From NCBI GenBank assembly GCA_965222225.1, contig CBDCTK010000002.1, forward strand, positions 5,280,001-5,344,000: a DNA stretch of 64,000 nt, given 5' to 3'. The notes beneath the pieces were generated by a model, which was not told where the DNA came from, made no database searches, and was given only the letters and a program-made list of their open reading frames with translations. Within the stretch, counting starts at the first letter, position 1. Each line of letters opens with the position of its first letter. The DNA is from Candidatus Poribacteria bacterium (GTDB taxonomy: Bacteria > Poribacteria > WGA-4E > JAJDTR01). Position numbers and translations under genes: made by a program. Shown here piece after piece: positions 19,590-29,916 of the stretch.

Positions 19590-21875
19590 CTAAGACGATT
19601 CGGTTTCTCCTTCCTCGAAAGCGCTGCGAATCTCTTTGAAAAGTGTAATGGCTTTACGTCGCCTATCGTTGGGTAAATCACTCGCATCCGTCATTTTGCT
19701 AAGCGCTCCGTGCACTCGGATAGCCAACGATTCCTTGGTGATTTCTATACCCTTGTCTTCCATAAATCGCTCGATTCCTTCCCAGATTACGCCTTCACCG
19801 CGTAAAGAAATCTCATTCACATTCGCAAGTGCTAGTTGCTTGCTGTAAGCATCCATAAGATCCTCTGCAAAAAAATCCTCCGAAAAGAGGTCTTCAATAG
19901 CGAAATTACCATTGGTTCCCACGGCGTCACCCAGTAACAGAGATTTGGTTTGATGAGTTTTATAAGGTGCGAGCCATGTTTTAACCAGTTTCACCTGAGC
20001 GCTTCGTCCTTCATCATCAGAATCGAACAAGGCGACCACCTTTAACCCCTGTCCGGTCATAAATGTGGCAATATTAACAGCCGCGAAGGAGCTTCCCCCG
20101 GGCGTGGTGAGTACATCCTCCGGCAAGCCCCCTTTCCCATCTTGTTGCAGCAAGTTAGATAATTTCGTCAGGATTCGATACTCATTGACCCCCTCTACGA
20201 CAAGATTGCGTTGGGCGACCACAAAACACTGTGAAGCGTTTATTCCTAAAGCTGCCTGAAATACGCGTTTTGCTTCTGGAGGGCTCTCGGTAAAGTCAGT
20301 CGTGACAACGGTGCCATTCTTCGTTTCCATCAACACTCGGATTCGGTCCGAATAGTTCAGATCAATCATAAAAGGAAGATGAGTCGTATAGAGAAGCGTA
20401 TTCCCCTCTGCATAGTGGTCAAGCCGGAGAAGTAGGTCTTTTTGGGCATCGGGATGAAGATGAAGTCCGGGTTCGTCAAGGAGAACGACACATCCTTCAA
20501 ACGATCCTTGACTTTCGTGCATCAACATGAGATCGAAGGGAAAAAACCACTGAAATCCTTTCGATCGCTCCTCCAGTCGAATGAGTGCCGGATCGTGATT
20601 GTCTTTTACAAAGGTGAAGAAATGCTGGCCGTCGGCGCGGTACTCAACTTCATATTGACGCTGACGAAGTCGATTCGAAATTTTACTCGTTAGCGTGGCG
20701 GTGCCATCGTCAAGATCGAATTGGCGTTGCTCGACATGGTCCGGATTGCCCTCTTCAAGATTAACCACCTCGTCTAAGCTCGACTTTGTACAAAAGTACA
20801 ATGGTTGGGTTGTACGGAAAGCCATACAACACCAAACCCGTAGGCGGGGCATCTTGCCCCGCCATGCAACACCGAAATTCGAGTGACACCCAACACATTA
20901 TCTGCATGATACTGGAAACCGCTACCGACTTTTTCAATGGTCTGCCAAAAAGCCGAGAGAATCAAAATCTCCTTCGCTTTTCGACAACACTTGATTATCG
21001 CTGCTTGTTATGTCTCTAAAATGTACAAAGTCGAGCTAAGTCGAGACCGGATAACGTAAGGAGAGCCAGAAATGTGTTATCTTCGTCTGTCAAACGATTT
21101 TGGTCGTGGCGAACTTTAATCTCATCCAGTTGAGCCGTGCCGCTAAATGCCCTGTAATCAGACATATAGACAAATGTGGGCAAATGATCTCTAACGTACT
21201 TGTGCGCTTTTGATCGAATGGTAGGCAATTGTTCAAGTGTCTGAACAAACTGCTTAAGGCTTTTACCGTAGCAATTGACGAACTTGCTCTCAATCTGCTT
21301 CAAAGGGGCCTCCGGCGATCGCACTTCGCGCAACAACGACTTGTGCTTCTGTACCAGTTTTGTCAACTCTGTCAATTGTCCCTCATGCGCCAGGCGTCTC
21401 GCGTCTTCAAGGCATTCACCGGCGCGATGTTTAATCGGTCACCGAGCCCTTCTGGAATCTCCGGCAGGGAATAGCAGGCTTTATCGACATCGCCCGGATG
21501 ATGTTCATCCGAGAGAAAATCTTCCTCAAATTCTACAGTTAATTCACCGGCATAATTTCGTGACACCTCCACACAATCCGGAATATCTTCGCACTCCGCC
21601 ATTCGACCGAGATCCGACTTCTCCCGATCTGAGAGTCTAAGCCTTACTCGACAAACCTCCTGTTTTTCGCTTCGCCCTTTTCGATGGGCACGCGGCCACT
21701 CCCGTTCCATCTGGTATGGGTCCGGATTGTACGGGTTGAGCTTATGGAGCGCCTTCAGAAGGGTAGTCTTGCCTGATTCGTTTTTGCCAACAAACACTGT
21801 TAGAGGATTCACCTCAATCCACCCGGAGTCAAGTATTCCTTTGTACATCTTTACACGAAAGGCAATCAAGTCCAT
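19590..21875 (-). pseudogene. OLD-like ABC-ATPase + TOPRIM nuclease, broken by a frameshift (~21430) and a MITE
   Basis: Walker A GKNESGKT, Walker B LLDEPGLHLHP, TOPRIM LVVEG and ALFDSD; three ORF pieces. Confidence 0.85.
20778..21036. mobile_element. 259-bp MITE with perfect 15-bp TIR and TAA target duplication
   Basis: TAA|GCTCGACTTTGTACA...TGTACAAAGTCGAGC|TAA; removing it restores the frame (GLDL-DEVVNL); internal REP GTAGGCGGGGCATCTTGCCCCGCC. Confidence 0.92.
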
Positions 21876-21942
21876 AAAAAAGTTCGAAATCTCCTATCTC
21901 GTTTCTTTAATAACCCATGTTGCTACCTATCCTGTAAATCGG

Positions 21943-22025
21943 GGTCAAGCGACTGAATAAGGAGTGCGATAGTAGATCCTGATAGAGATCCCAGTGCGAT
22001 AGCTAATCCAGCGCGATGAGTTCCC
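21943..22025 (+). repeat. Hypervariable cassette plus stacked 3' remnants
   Basis: GGTCAAGCGACTGAATAAGGAGTGCGATAGTAGATCC t GATAGAGATCC c AGTGCGATAGCTAATCC. Confidence 0.85.
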
Positions 22026-22294
22026 TTCTAACCCGATCCCTGAACGAAATCATGATATAAAAATTGCAATACAACCCTCGAAGGAACGTTTCCCACGATT
22101 TCCGATAGGTGACGACCTGAGCTCGGTACGAGTCATTTTATCATGGCGCCGTAGCGTAAACCAACTCCATCTTGGCTATAAGGTAATCATCTAACGATCG
22201 CAATGGATCTATTCACCATCCGGCCCGGACGCGCGACGAATAGCGCTTCTACGAACCGGCGGCGATGATCGCGCATGAATATCAACCGTGCCCG

Positions 22295-23320
22295 CTACGC
22301 ATTCCCTTTCCGATAAAAATCCTTAAACGCTTTAATGAGCGTGTAAATATCGTCTCTGCTGACATCCAAGTGAATTGTCAGGCGGATTGATGTGCCTCCT
22401 GATATCAGAATGCCTCTATTCTTCATAAATTCTGACAGTGCCGCTGAATCGGAATCGGTAACCCCAATATATACCATGTTCGTCTGCGTAGGCGGGTAAT
22501 TAACGATAACCTCGTCAATTTCATTGAGCCCGTCTGCCAAAAGGGCGGCGTTCACATGATCTTCCTCAAGCCTGTCAACCTGCTTCGTTAGTGCAAAAAT
22601 ACCCGCTGCCGCCAGTATCCCAGCTTGCCTCATACCGCCGCCGAGAACTTTACGCCAGCGGCGTGCCTCCTTTATTACATCGGTCGTCGCGCAGAGCACC
22701 GATCCGACAGGAGCGCCCAACCCCTTTGAAAGACAGAATGAGACGGAATCGAAATTGCACGCGATTTCATTGACGGGAACCCTCTGCTTCACGGCAGCGT
22801 TGAACACGCGAGCGCCGTCAAGATGGAGTTTCAGATTCCGCTCTTGTGTAAACTTTCGCGCCTTGCGAAGATAGTCGAGAGGTAGAGCAATCCCGGCCCG
22901 CGTGTTCTCCAGACACAATAACTTAGTTCGAGCGTAGTGGAAATTGTCGGGTTTGATGGCGTTATCAACCGCGTCCAAATCCAGCGTGCCGTCGGAATCG
23001 AAATCTAGAGGTTGCGGCTGGATGCTGCCCAACACCGCCGCGCCGCCTCCTTCTGCCTTGTAGGTGTGGGCATCCTGTCCGACGACGTATTCATCACCCC
23101 GCTGACAATGTGACATTATCCCCAATAAGTTACTCTGCGTGCCGCTGGTGGCGAATACGGCTGCTTCCATCCCCATGGTTTCCGCCGCGAGTTCCTCCAG
23201 ACGGTTGACCGTTGGATCTTCGCCAAGAACATCATCACCGAGTTCTGCGGCCGCTATCGCCGCGGTCATACCCTCTGTAGGTCTAGTGGCTGTATCACTC
23301 CTCAGATCAATGACTTTCAT
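22295..23320 (-). CDS. ltaE: Low-specificity L-threonine aldolase
   Basis: IDLRSDT, GDDVLGEDPT, SGTQSN, HLDGAR, CLSKGLGAPVGS, GGGMRQAG. Confidence 0.95.
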   Translation of the reverse strand: MKVIDLRSDTATRPTEGMTAAIAAAELGDDVLGEDPTVNRLEELAAETMGMEAAVFATSGTQSNLLGIMSHCQRGDEYVVGQDAHTYKAEGGGAAVLGSIQPQPLDFDSDGTLDLDAVDNAIKPDNFHYARTKLLCLENTRAGIALPLDYLRKARKFTQERNLKLHLDGARVFNAAVKQRVPVNEIACNFDSVSFCLSKGLGAPVGSVLCATTDVIKEARRWRKVLGGGMRQAGILAAAGIFALTKQVDRLEEDHVNAALLADGLNEIDEVIVNYPPTQTNMVYIGVTDSDSAALSEFMKNRGILISGGTSIRLTIHLDVSRDDIYTLIKAFKDFYRKGNA

Positions 23321-23490
23321 GATTTTCCTCAATGGTGTAGAACTTTGGCAATTGACGGTGCAAAGCCTGGTCGTTTGGAAATTCAACGCGAAGAACACAT
23401 CAATCGCTGCAGATCTTAATTATACCATTTCGCTTGAATAACAGTGCATATGATGCCTAAATTATATCATTCACTTTCTCCGTAAGCGGG

Positions 23491-23635
23491 GATCAAGCGA
23501 GCGATTAAGTGAGTGGACAATGAACGATCAAACGACTGAAAAAGGAGTGCGATAGTAGACCCTGATAGAGATCCTTTATGGAGTACGATAGTAAATCCCA
23601 CAAAGGACATGAATAGTGACTGCGATGGAGATTCC
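23491..23635 (+). repeat. Four-level nested cassette cluster
   Basis: Three GAT(C/T)AA starts and four ATCC-type ends that parse as nested insertions. Confidence 0.85.
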
Positions 23636-23929
23636 ATAGAAACACCGTTAGGCATGTCTTCTGTAGGGGCGATCTCGCAATCGCGACCTTCCCCGCTCCA
23701 GCGGAAATCAGGGGATTGTCAATCGCACCTTGAGATACTAGCGCGACGGCCTCATCACAGTGTTCTGAGAATCACGATGAGGTCTTCGTGTCTTGCACTC
23801 CCGGAGGAGTGCTATGTTAGTAGAAAGTAGGCCTTCCCTTCTCGCGCTCCAGCGGAGCGGCATGTATATCCTTCGATTGGCGAGCACGCAGGTTCGGTGT
23901 AATTGCTCCAACGATTCTCGGCTATGGGG

Positions 23930-23993
23930 GATCAATCGAGCGGTAAGTGACCGATCAACTGAGCGAACAGCGAAGGCGATAGAGATCCTATTC
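23930..23993 (+). repeat. Nested cassette pair
   Basis: Outer GATCAATCGAGCGGTAAGTGACC followed by a full copy at 23953-23988. Confidence 0.85.
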
Positions 23994-24133
23994 AGACAAT
24001 TACCGAAATACCCCTGCCTTATACCTCATTCTTTTAGGGAATAGACCACCAAGTTAAGAATTTTGCGACGGAAATCCCACCAATACTTGACGAACTCTCT
24101 TAAATTAATCCCTATGCCAACAATATTACCCCT

Positions 24134-25087
24134 CTATCTCTTTTTAATCAGCTTCTGGAACGACCGAAGTTCACGAGGTGGATCCATTTGACTTCCGTAG
24201 TCGCTCCAAGAAACCTCCGCAACGTAAATATCACCCTTCGAGTCAACTGCGATTCCGTGCGGCGAATAAAACCGTCCGGGTTCATCACCGTAAGATTGGT
24301 CGCTCAATTGTGACAAAATATTGCCCTTGAGATCCATGATGGTTACGCGAGGACCTAGGTTGGTGCCGATACGATTACTGCCAATTCCGCAGAAGTATTC
24401 TCCAACGTAAATCAGCGGTTCATCCTTCATGTCAATACAGATGCACGCCGCGCGCGACAAATTTACCCACTGCGTTTCGTATTTGCCGTTTGGGTCGAAC
24501 ACCTGTATTCGGTGATTCTCGCGATCCGCGATGTAGACCCAGCCGTCCTTGTCTACGACGATGTTGTGAACGATATTGAATTGTCCCGGCCCCGTGCCAG
24601 ATTCTCCCCAAGAAAACAGGTGTTTTCCATCCGGCGAAAATTTGTGCACCCGCGCATTCGCGTAACCGTCCGCGACATACAAACCCCCGTCGCGTGGATC
24701 AACTGCACTGTGCGTCGGCAAGTTAAACGGAATACCGCCCATTGCCGGTGAAGGCTTGTTCGCTTCTCCCAAGGTTAACAGCAGTTTTCCGTCGGGAGTA
24801 AACTTGCGAACCGTATGATCGCCATTGTCAACACAGTAGACCATGGCATCAGGTCCAATGGTTACCCCATGCGGATTTCCGAATATACCGTCGCCCCACG
24901 TCCGGAGGACATTCCCGTCAGGGTCTAGTACGACCATTGGGTGAGTGCCGCGATTGAAGACGTAAACGTTGTCTTTTTCGTCCACGGCGACAGCGGTAGC
25001 TTCTTTGTAGGTCCAGTTCTCTGGAAGATTGCCCCAATCCTCCCCGGACGTTTCATAGCCATAATCTTCGTTGCCTAGAGTAACCAT
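24134..25087 (-). CDS. NHL-repeat protein (peptidyl-alpha-hydroxyglycine alpha-amidating lyase family)
   Basis: Repeated PHG..VD..G..YVAD..N.R.. blades. Confidence 0.9.
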   Translation of the reverse strand: MVTLGNEDYGYETSGEDWGNLPENWTYKEATAVAVDEKDNVYVFNRGTHPMVVLDPDGNVLRTWGDGIFGNPHGVTIGPDAMVYCVDNGDHTVRKFTPDGKLLLTLGEANKPSPAMGGIPFNLPTHSAVDPRDGGLYVADGYANARVHKFSPDGKHLFSWGESGTGPGQFNIVHNIVVDKDGWVYIADRENHRIQVFDPNGKYETQWVNLSRAACICIDMKDEPLIYVGEYFCGIGSNRIGTNLGPRVTIMDLKGNILSQLSDQSYGDEPGRFYSPHGIAVDSKGDIYVAEVSWSDYGSQMDPPRELRSFQKLIKKR

Positions 25088-25159
25088 ATCTTTCCTCAAC
25101 TTTAAGATGTTCTATTGATCCCCATCTCGTATTGTGGACGGGGCTCAAGATGCGTTCAA

Positions 25160-25999
25160 TCAACCCGTTGCCGGGTGAGTGAGACCGAGAGTCTGACGCG
25201 CCTCGTCGGGCGTTGCGACTTCACGCTGCAACTGCTCCACCAAATTGGCGGCGACTTCAACCATCTCAGCATTGCTTTTGAGCAGTACCCCGCGACGCAG
25301 ATAGATGTTGTCCTCAAACCCGACGCGGATGTGACCGCCCAATAGGATACCCATCGTAATCATCGGCAACTGCGTTCGGCCAACCCCCAAAACGGACCAT
25401 TGTGCTTTTGGTGGCAACTGTTTTACCATAGCCAGTAGATGCTCCGGCGTGGCTTCAATCCCCCACCCGGCGCCCATGCACAGTTGGATAAATAACGGTT
25501 CATCAAACAATCCCTCATCAATCAACTGCTGCGCTTGCGCCATGTGACCCATATCAAACACTTCGATTTCGGGTTTGACGCCGTATTCCCGCATCCGCTT
25601 TGCCGCGGCGCGTCCCCACTCCGGCGGATTGAGAAACACGCCATCCCCAAAGTTCATTGACCCCACATCAAGTGAACACAACTCGGGTTTTAAGGTCACC
25701 GGCTCAAGGCGTTCTTCGATGATGTTTTTGCCCGGTATATTTCCGCCGCTCGTCGTGAGGTTGATTGCAATATCGCACCCCTCCCGAATTCGGTCGACCA
25801 CCTCTTTGAAGAGTTCAATCCTTGAGCACACGATGCCGGTCTCGGGATCACGAACATGGATGTGAGTAATCGCCGCCCCCGCTTTGCAACATTCGATGGC
25901 TGCCTCTGCGATCTCCTTTGGGGTGTACGGCACAGCCGGATTCTTGTCCTTCATGGGGCCTGAGCCGCACACTGCCACCGAGATAATAGTCTTCTCCAT
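25160..25999 (-). CDS. 3-keto-5-aminohexanoate cleavage enzyme (BKACE/DUF849)
   Basis: [32 protein letters not shown]. Confidence 0.93.
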   Translation of the reverse strand: MEKTIISVAVCGSGPMKDKNPAVPYTPKEIAEAAIECCKAGAAITHIHVRDPETGIVCSRIELFKEVVDRIREGCDIAINLTTSGGNIPGKNIIEERLEPVTLKPELCSLDVGSMNFGDGVFLNPPEWGRAAAKRMREYGVKPEIEVFDMGHMAQAQQLIDEGLFDEPLFIQLCMGAGWGIEATPEHLLAMVKQLPPKAQWSVLGVGRTQLPMITMGILLGGHIRVGFEDNIYLRRGVLLKSNAEMVEVAANLVEQLQREVATPDEARQTLGLTHPATG

Positions 26000-26229
26000 A
26001 ATCTCTCACTTCCAATCAGATTGCAAAGATGGCCGAAGTCTACCCAAGCATCCACCGCACCGCCGGTGCTAAAGGCATAGGTTGCTTCCGATACTATACA
26101 CCTGACGCACCGCTAGAACCAAAGAGAGGGTATCCCCCAATCTTCCATCTTCCCAGTCTTCCACCCTTGCCCCGCCTTGGAAAGATTTGATTGACGCTAT
26201 TTATACACTGCAAATATAGAGAAATGGTA

Positions 26230-27081
26230 TTAATTCTTGACCATTCCGCCGTCAACATTCAAAGTTTGGCCCGTGATGTTCATCGCATCTTCGGAGACCA
26301 GAAACGTCACAGCGCGTCCGAGATCTTCTGCCATCTGCTCCCGTCGCATAGGAGTCGCACGGAACATGTCGGGGTATTTACCGTGGGCAATACCGACGAA
26401 CCATTCTCTGGAGTCTTGCCCCTGAAATTCTGGAATGTTCTCCACCATCCGTTTTGAGATGCCTTTCCACGCATCCGTATATACGATGCCGGGGCAAACG
26501 CAATTCACGTTGATGTTATGTGGTCCTAGTCGTTCCGCGAGCGTCTGGGTGTAGCTAATCAAACCCGCCTTCACCGCACAGTAGGCTGGCGGGACGAAAC
26601 GCTCCATGTTCTTGGCTGATGGCGTAAACCGACCAGCTATCGACGAGACGTTCACAATCTTCCCGCTGTTTTGTTCTATAAAATGTGGTGCGACAGCTTC
26701 ACACATCAGAACCGATGCCCTGAGGTTCTGTTCGTAGGTGCCATCCCACAGCGCTTCAACATTTGCGAGCGGTCCCGAGCCGACCACTTTTGGCGTTGCG
26801 CGTCCGCCGCCCACATTGTTAACAACGATGTCAATCTTGCCGCACGCGTCAAGCGTTTTCTGAACCACACGCAAGATTGTATCCGCTGTCGTAATGTCGC
26901 CCGGCATGGCAACGGCTTTGCGGCCGATTGCCCGCACCGCATCGGCAGTGCTGTTTGTTGTTTCTTCGCGGAAGGAACTCACGACGACATCAGCGCCTTC
27001 CTCGGCGAGACAAAGCGCAATGGCGCGGCCAATCCCCCGTCCCGCAGCGGTTACGATAGCTACTTTTCCTTCCAATTTCAT
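26230..27081 (-). CDS. SDR family oxidoreductase
   Basis: TAAGRGIG, NNVG, YCAVK. Confidence 0.92.
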   Translation of the reverse strand: MKLEGKVAIVTAAGRGIGRAIALCLAEEGADVVVSSFREETTNSTADAVRAIGRKAVAMPGDITTADTILRVVQKTLDACGKIDIVVNNVGGGRATPKVVGSGPLANVEALWDGTYEQNLRASVLMCEAVAPHFIEQNSGKIVNVSSIAGRFTPSAKNMERFVPPAYCAVKAGLISYTQTLAERLGPHNINVNCVCPGIVYTDAWKGISKRMVENIPEFQGQDSREWFVGIAHGKYPDMFRATPMRREQMAEDLGRAVTFLVSEDAMNITGQTLNVDGGMVKN

Positions 27082-27115
27082 GGCATACCTCTCTCGTTAC
27101 CAATCTTTGCTCGCC

Positions 27116-28234
27116 CTAAGCTGTCCCGGAAGATTCGAACACGACAAGCGATCTTGCCACATTTCCCTTTTCCAACGCGTCGAAACCCGTGTTAATCTCG
27201 GACAGTGGCAAACGCATGCTAATCATTTCGTCAAGTAGCAATCGCCCATCCATATACAGATTTGCCAATCGCGGAAAGTCCACTCGTGGACGGCTCATAC
27301 CGTAAGACGTGCGCACGATTTCACGTTCACCCATCAGGATATGGAACGGCAACGTGACCTCTTCCCCGAAAGGCGTCTTGCCGAGTAGGACAATCCTCGC
27401 GCCGGGGCGTGAGGCTTCGAGTGTCTGTCGAATCGAGATATTCTGACCAGCGGCTTCAATCGCATAATCGGCACCGCGCCCATCGGTTAGCTCGCGTACA
27501 AACGCGACGGGGTCATCTTGTGTAGCATCCACAACATGTGTCGCGCCGAATTTTCGAGCCCATTCCAATTTCAGGGGATTGACATCTACCCCCACGATAA
27601 TTGAGGCGCCGGAGATACGAGCTCCTTGCACGGCACTAAGTCCCACGGCGCCGCAACCACTCACCACGACGCTAGTCTCCGGTTTAATGCGGGCGGCATG
27701 AACGGCGCCCCCATATCCTGTCATAACCGCGCATCCAAGCAATGCCGCCCGGTCCAATGGAAAGTCCTTCCGCAACGGCACCGCTGCCTGCTCCGGGATG
27801 ACGTTATACTCCGCGTGTGACGACACAAGGCTGTAGTAATAGACCGGCTCCCCGTCAAGTGACATGCGCGTTGTCCCGTCGAATAGAACCCCCTTGCCAC
27901 CGGCGGACTTCGCCACCTCGCACAGAATAGGTTGACCGTGATCGCAGTAAAAACAGTGACCACAATTGGGGCTCCATGAACACGCCACGTGGTCGCCGAC
28001 TTTCACCCGCGTAACTCCCGGACCAACGGATTCAACCACACCTGCGCCTTCGTGACCAATTACGGCAGGTAGGTTCACCGGCTGGTAGCCGTGCATGGTC
28101 TCCCAGTCCGTGTGGCAAAGTCCGCTGGCGGCGATTTTCACGCGAACCTCGCCTGGACCCGGATCTGCAATTTCAAGCTCTTCAACTGAGAGCGTGCTAG
28201 GCGTTGAGTGCAGCACGGCGGCTTTCATTTTCAT
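27116..28234 (-). CDS. Zn-dependent alcohol dehydrogenase
   Basis: CHTD, GHEGAG, CGHCFYC......C, GCGAVG. Confidence 0.93.
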   Translation of the reverse strand: MKMKAAVLHSTPSTLSVEELEIADPGPGEVRVKIAASGLCHTDWETMHGYQPVNLPAVIGHEGAGVVESVGPGVTRVKVGDHVACSWSPNCGHCFYCDHGQPILCEVAKSAGGKGVLFDGTTRMSLDGEPVYYYSLVSSHAEYNVIPEQAAVPLRKDFPLDRAALLGCAVMTGYGGAVHAARIKPETSVVVSGCGAVGLSAVQGARISGASIIVGVDVNPLKLEWARKFGATHVVDATQDDPVAFVRELTDGRGADYAIEAAGQNISIRQTLEASRPGARIVLLGKTPFGEEVTLPFHILMGEREIVRTSYGMSRPRVDFPRLANLYMDGRLLLDEMISMRLPLSEINTGFDALEKGNVARSLVVFESSGTA

Positions 28235-28346
28235 GGTGGTCGTTCTCCTTATGTCGAAACGGGTAGCGTTTTGAGGTATTGGAGTTCGCTCACACCTTCA
28301 AATATCCTAATATGCTTCATCTTTCGGTAGCTATGTACCAGACGTA

Positions 28347-29237
28347 TTATTCAGCCGCGGACGGTGTCCACGATTTCAACTGCTTCCGCCAGACCCGATC
28401 TACCTCACCCCGAATCGCCTGTACATCCTCCCAGCGGTCTCCGAACACAGACAGGAAATAGCCTCCCGACCCCTGCTCCGGACAAACAAACATCTCCCTG
28501 CCCGGTTCAGCCGCTTGCATCCAACACTCAATGACCTGCTCGGCGAATTCTAGCCAATCCAGAAACTCCGGCGTGAACTTCCCACCTCGTCCAAGTGCGG
28601 GCACTTGGCAATGATGACCATTAAACGGTCGAAAATGGAACTGCTGCGCATACTGGATAAGGTCTGTCCGCTCCGCCAAGCGATCCCAGTAAGGCGGTGA
28701 AAGGTGTTTGATGACTGCCGGATGCGAGAAATCCCACGTCATTTTCAGTAGGCGGTTCTCCGCCTTTTCAAATCCCTCCGCCAGTGCATAAGCCTTCTCT
28801 GGGGTCTCGGTGCACGTGTCGCGGTGAACCTCAATGGCGACATCCATCTCCAACTCGTCTGCTGTCTCCATCACCCGTCGCGCTACAAACAGCGCACGTT
28901 CGGTTGGAGTGTCATGGTCGAGCAACTGCACATTCACGCATCGCGCGTTAGCATCTTTAATCGCCCTGAGCTTCGGACAAATCTCCTTTGCGTTTCCTAT
29001 ATCCACGGTGGCTGCGAAGAGAAGTCCGTGTTTTTCGACATGCTCGGCGGTGATATCAGGCACCCGTCCGCAAAATCCATCAAAGCCCGCCTTCTTGATC
29101 CGCTTAATTTTCTGGTCGATCGACCATTCTCCCTTCTTCCCGCCGTAGTCGGTCAACGTCCAAAGGGTAGCCATGTGCTGAATCTTCGGCCGATTGATTT
29201 TCTTTAAATCATCGTTTTTCCCGTTATCCTTAGCCAT
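28347..29237 (-). CDS. Xylose isomerase-like TIM-barrel protein
   Basis: EVHRDT, WDFSH, HFRPF and CPE metal-ligand pattern; AAGGAG RBS. Confidence 0.75.
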   Translation of the reverse strand: MAKDNGKNDDLKKINRPKIQHMATLWTLTDYGGKKGEWSIDQKIKRIKKAGFDGFCGRVPDITAEHVEKHGLLFAATVDIGNAKEICPKLRAIKDANARCVNVQLLDHDTPTERALFVARRVMETADELEMDVAIEVHRDTCTETPEKAYALAEGFEKAENRLLKMTWDFSHPAVIKHLSPPYWDRLAERTDLIQYAQQFHFRPFNGHHCQVPALGRGGKFTPEFLDWLEFAEQVIECWMQAAEPGREMFVCPEQGSGGYFLSVFGDRWEDVQAIRGEVDRVWRKQLKSWTPSAAE

Positions 29238-29574
29238 CAATCTCTCCTTAAGTGTATGGAACCTTTCAATGCCTCGTAACTGCGACTGAGCTATTCGTAT
29301 CTATCGTTGCCCACGTTGGAAAATTCGACTTCAAAAATTATAACATCTTTCCGAAAAGTTAAGAATAAAAATCGACAGATGCCATAAAGCCATCCACCTG
29401 CTAGAGGTTTGGGAATCTTCAATCATCAAATCGACAATGGAATCTTCACAGATGCAGGTCCCTGTAGGAACGATCTCGCGGTCACGACAATTTAATTGCA
29501 GGTGTACAAGCAGAATGGGCACCTGCAACTTCGGCCACGTTAATAAACCGCCGAAAATATCCGCTGTTAATAGC

Positions 29575-29720
29575 TATACCATTTCGTTCGAATAACAGTG
29601 GATAGAGCGAAATAACTATTTCGTTAGGACTTATGCGATGGAGCATCCGGTAGGAGCGATCTCCGAATCGCGACTTTAATTCACGCCATTGATGCACTGT
29701 CATTTAGAGAATTGGTGTTA
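29575..29720. mobile_element. MITE-like element with imperfect TIRs and an internal REP
   Basis: Left TATACCATTTCGTTCGAATAACAGTGGAT (near copy at 23421-23449); right ATGCACTGTCATTTAGAGAATTGGTGTTA; REP at 29650-29674. Confidence 0.6.
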
Positions 29721-29916
29721 TCACTGTTTTTTCCTATTCCTATCTGGTATAATTTTCATAACTTGGGCACACTCCTTGATGCCCGATGAATCGGGCTACT
29801 ATAGGCTGGAGCGCGTAAGTCCTAGACCGCTCAAGATATAGTAGAAATAGCATTTGCCACTATAACTGAAATAGAGATTTACAATTCGTAGCTAGACCCA
29901 CAGGAAAACGAAAAGC

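Noticed and set aside
23491-23635. CRISPR array interpretation of the cassette clusters
   Set aside because: There are no constant repeats separated by unique spacers, the units are nested and degenerate, and there are no cas genes in the window.
26135-26170. TCTTCC-type low-complexity repeats (also TTACGCA-like at ~18370)
   Set aside because: Short degenerate microsatellite-like tracts with no further support.
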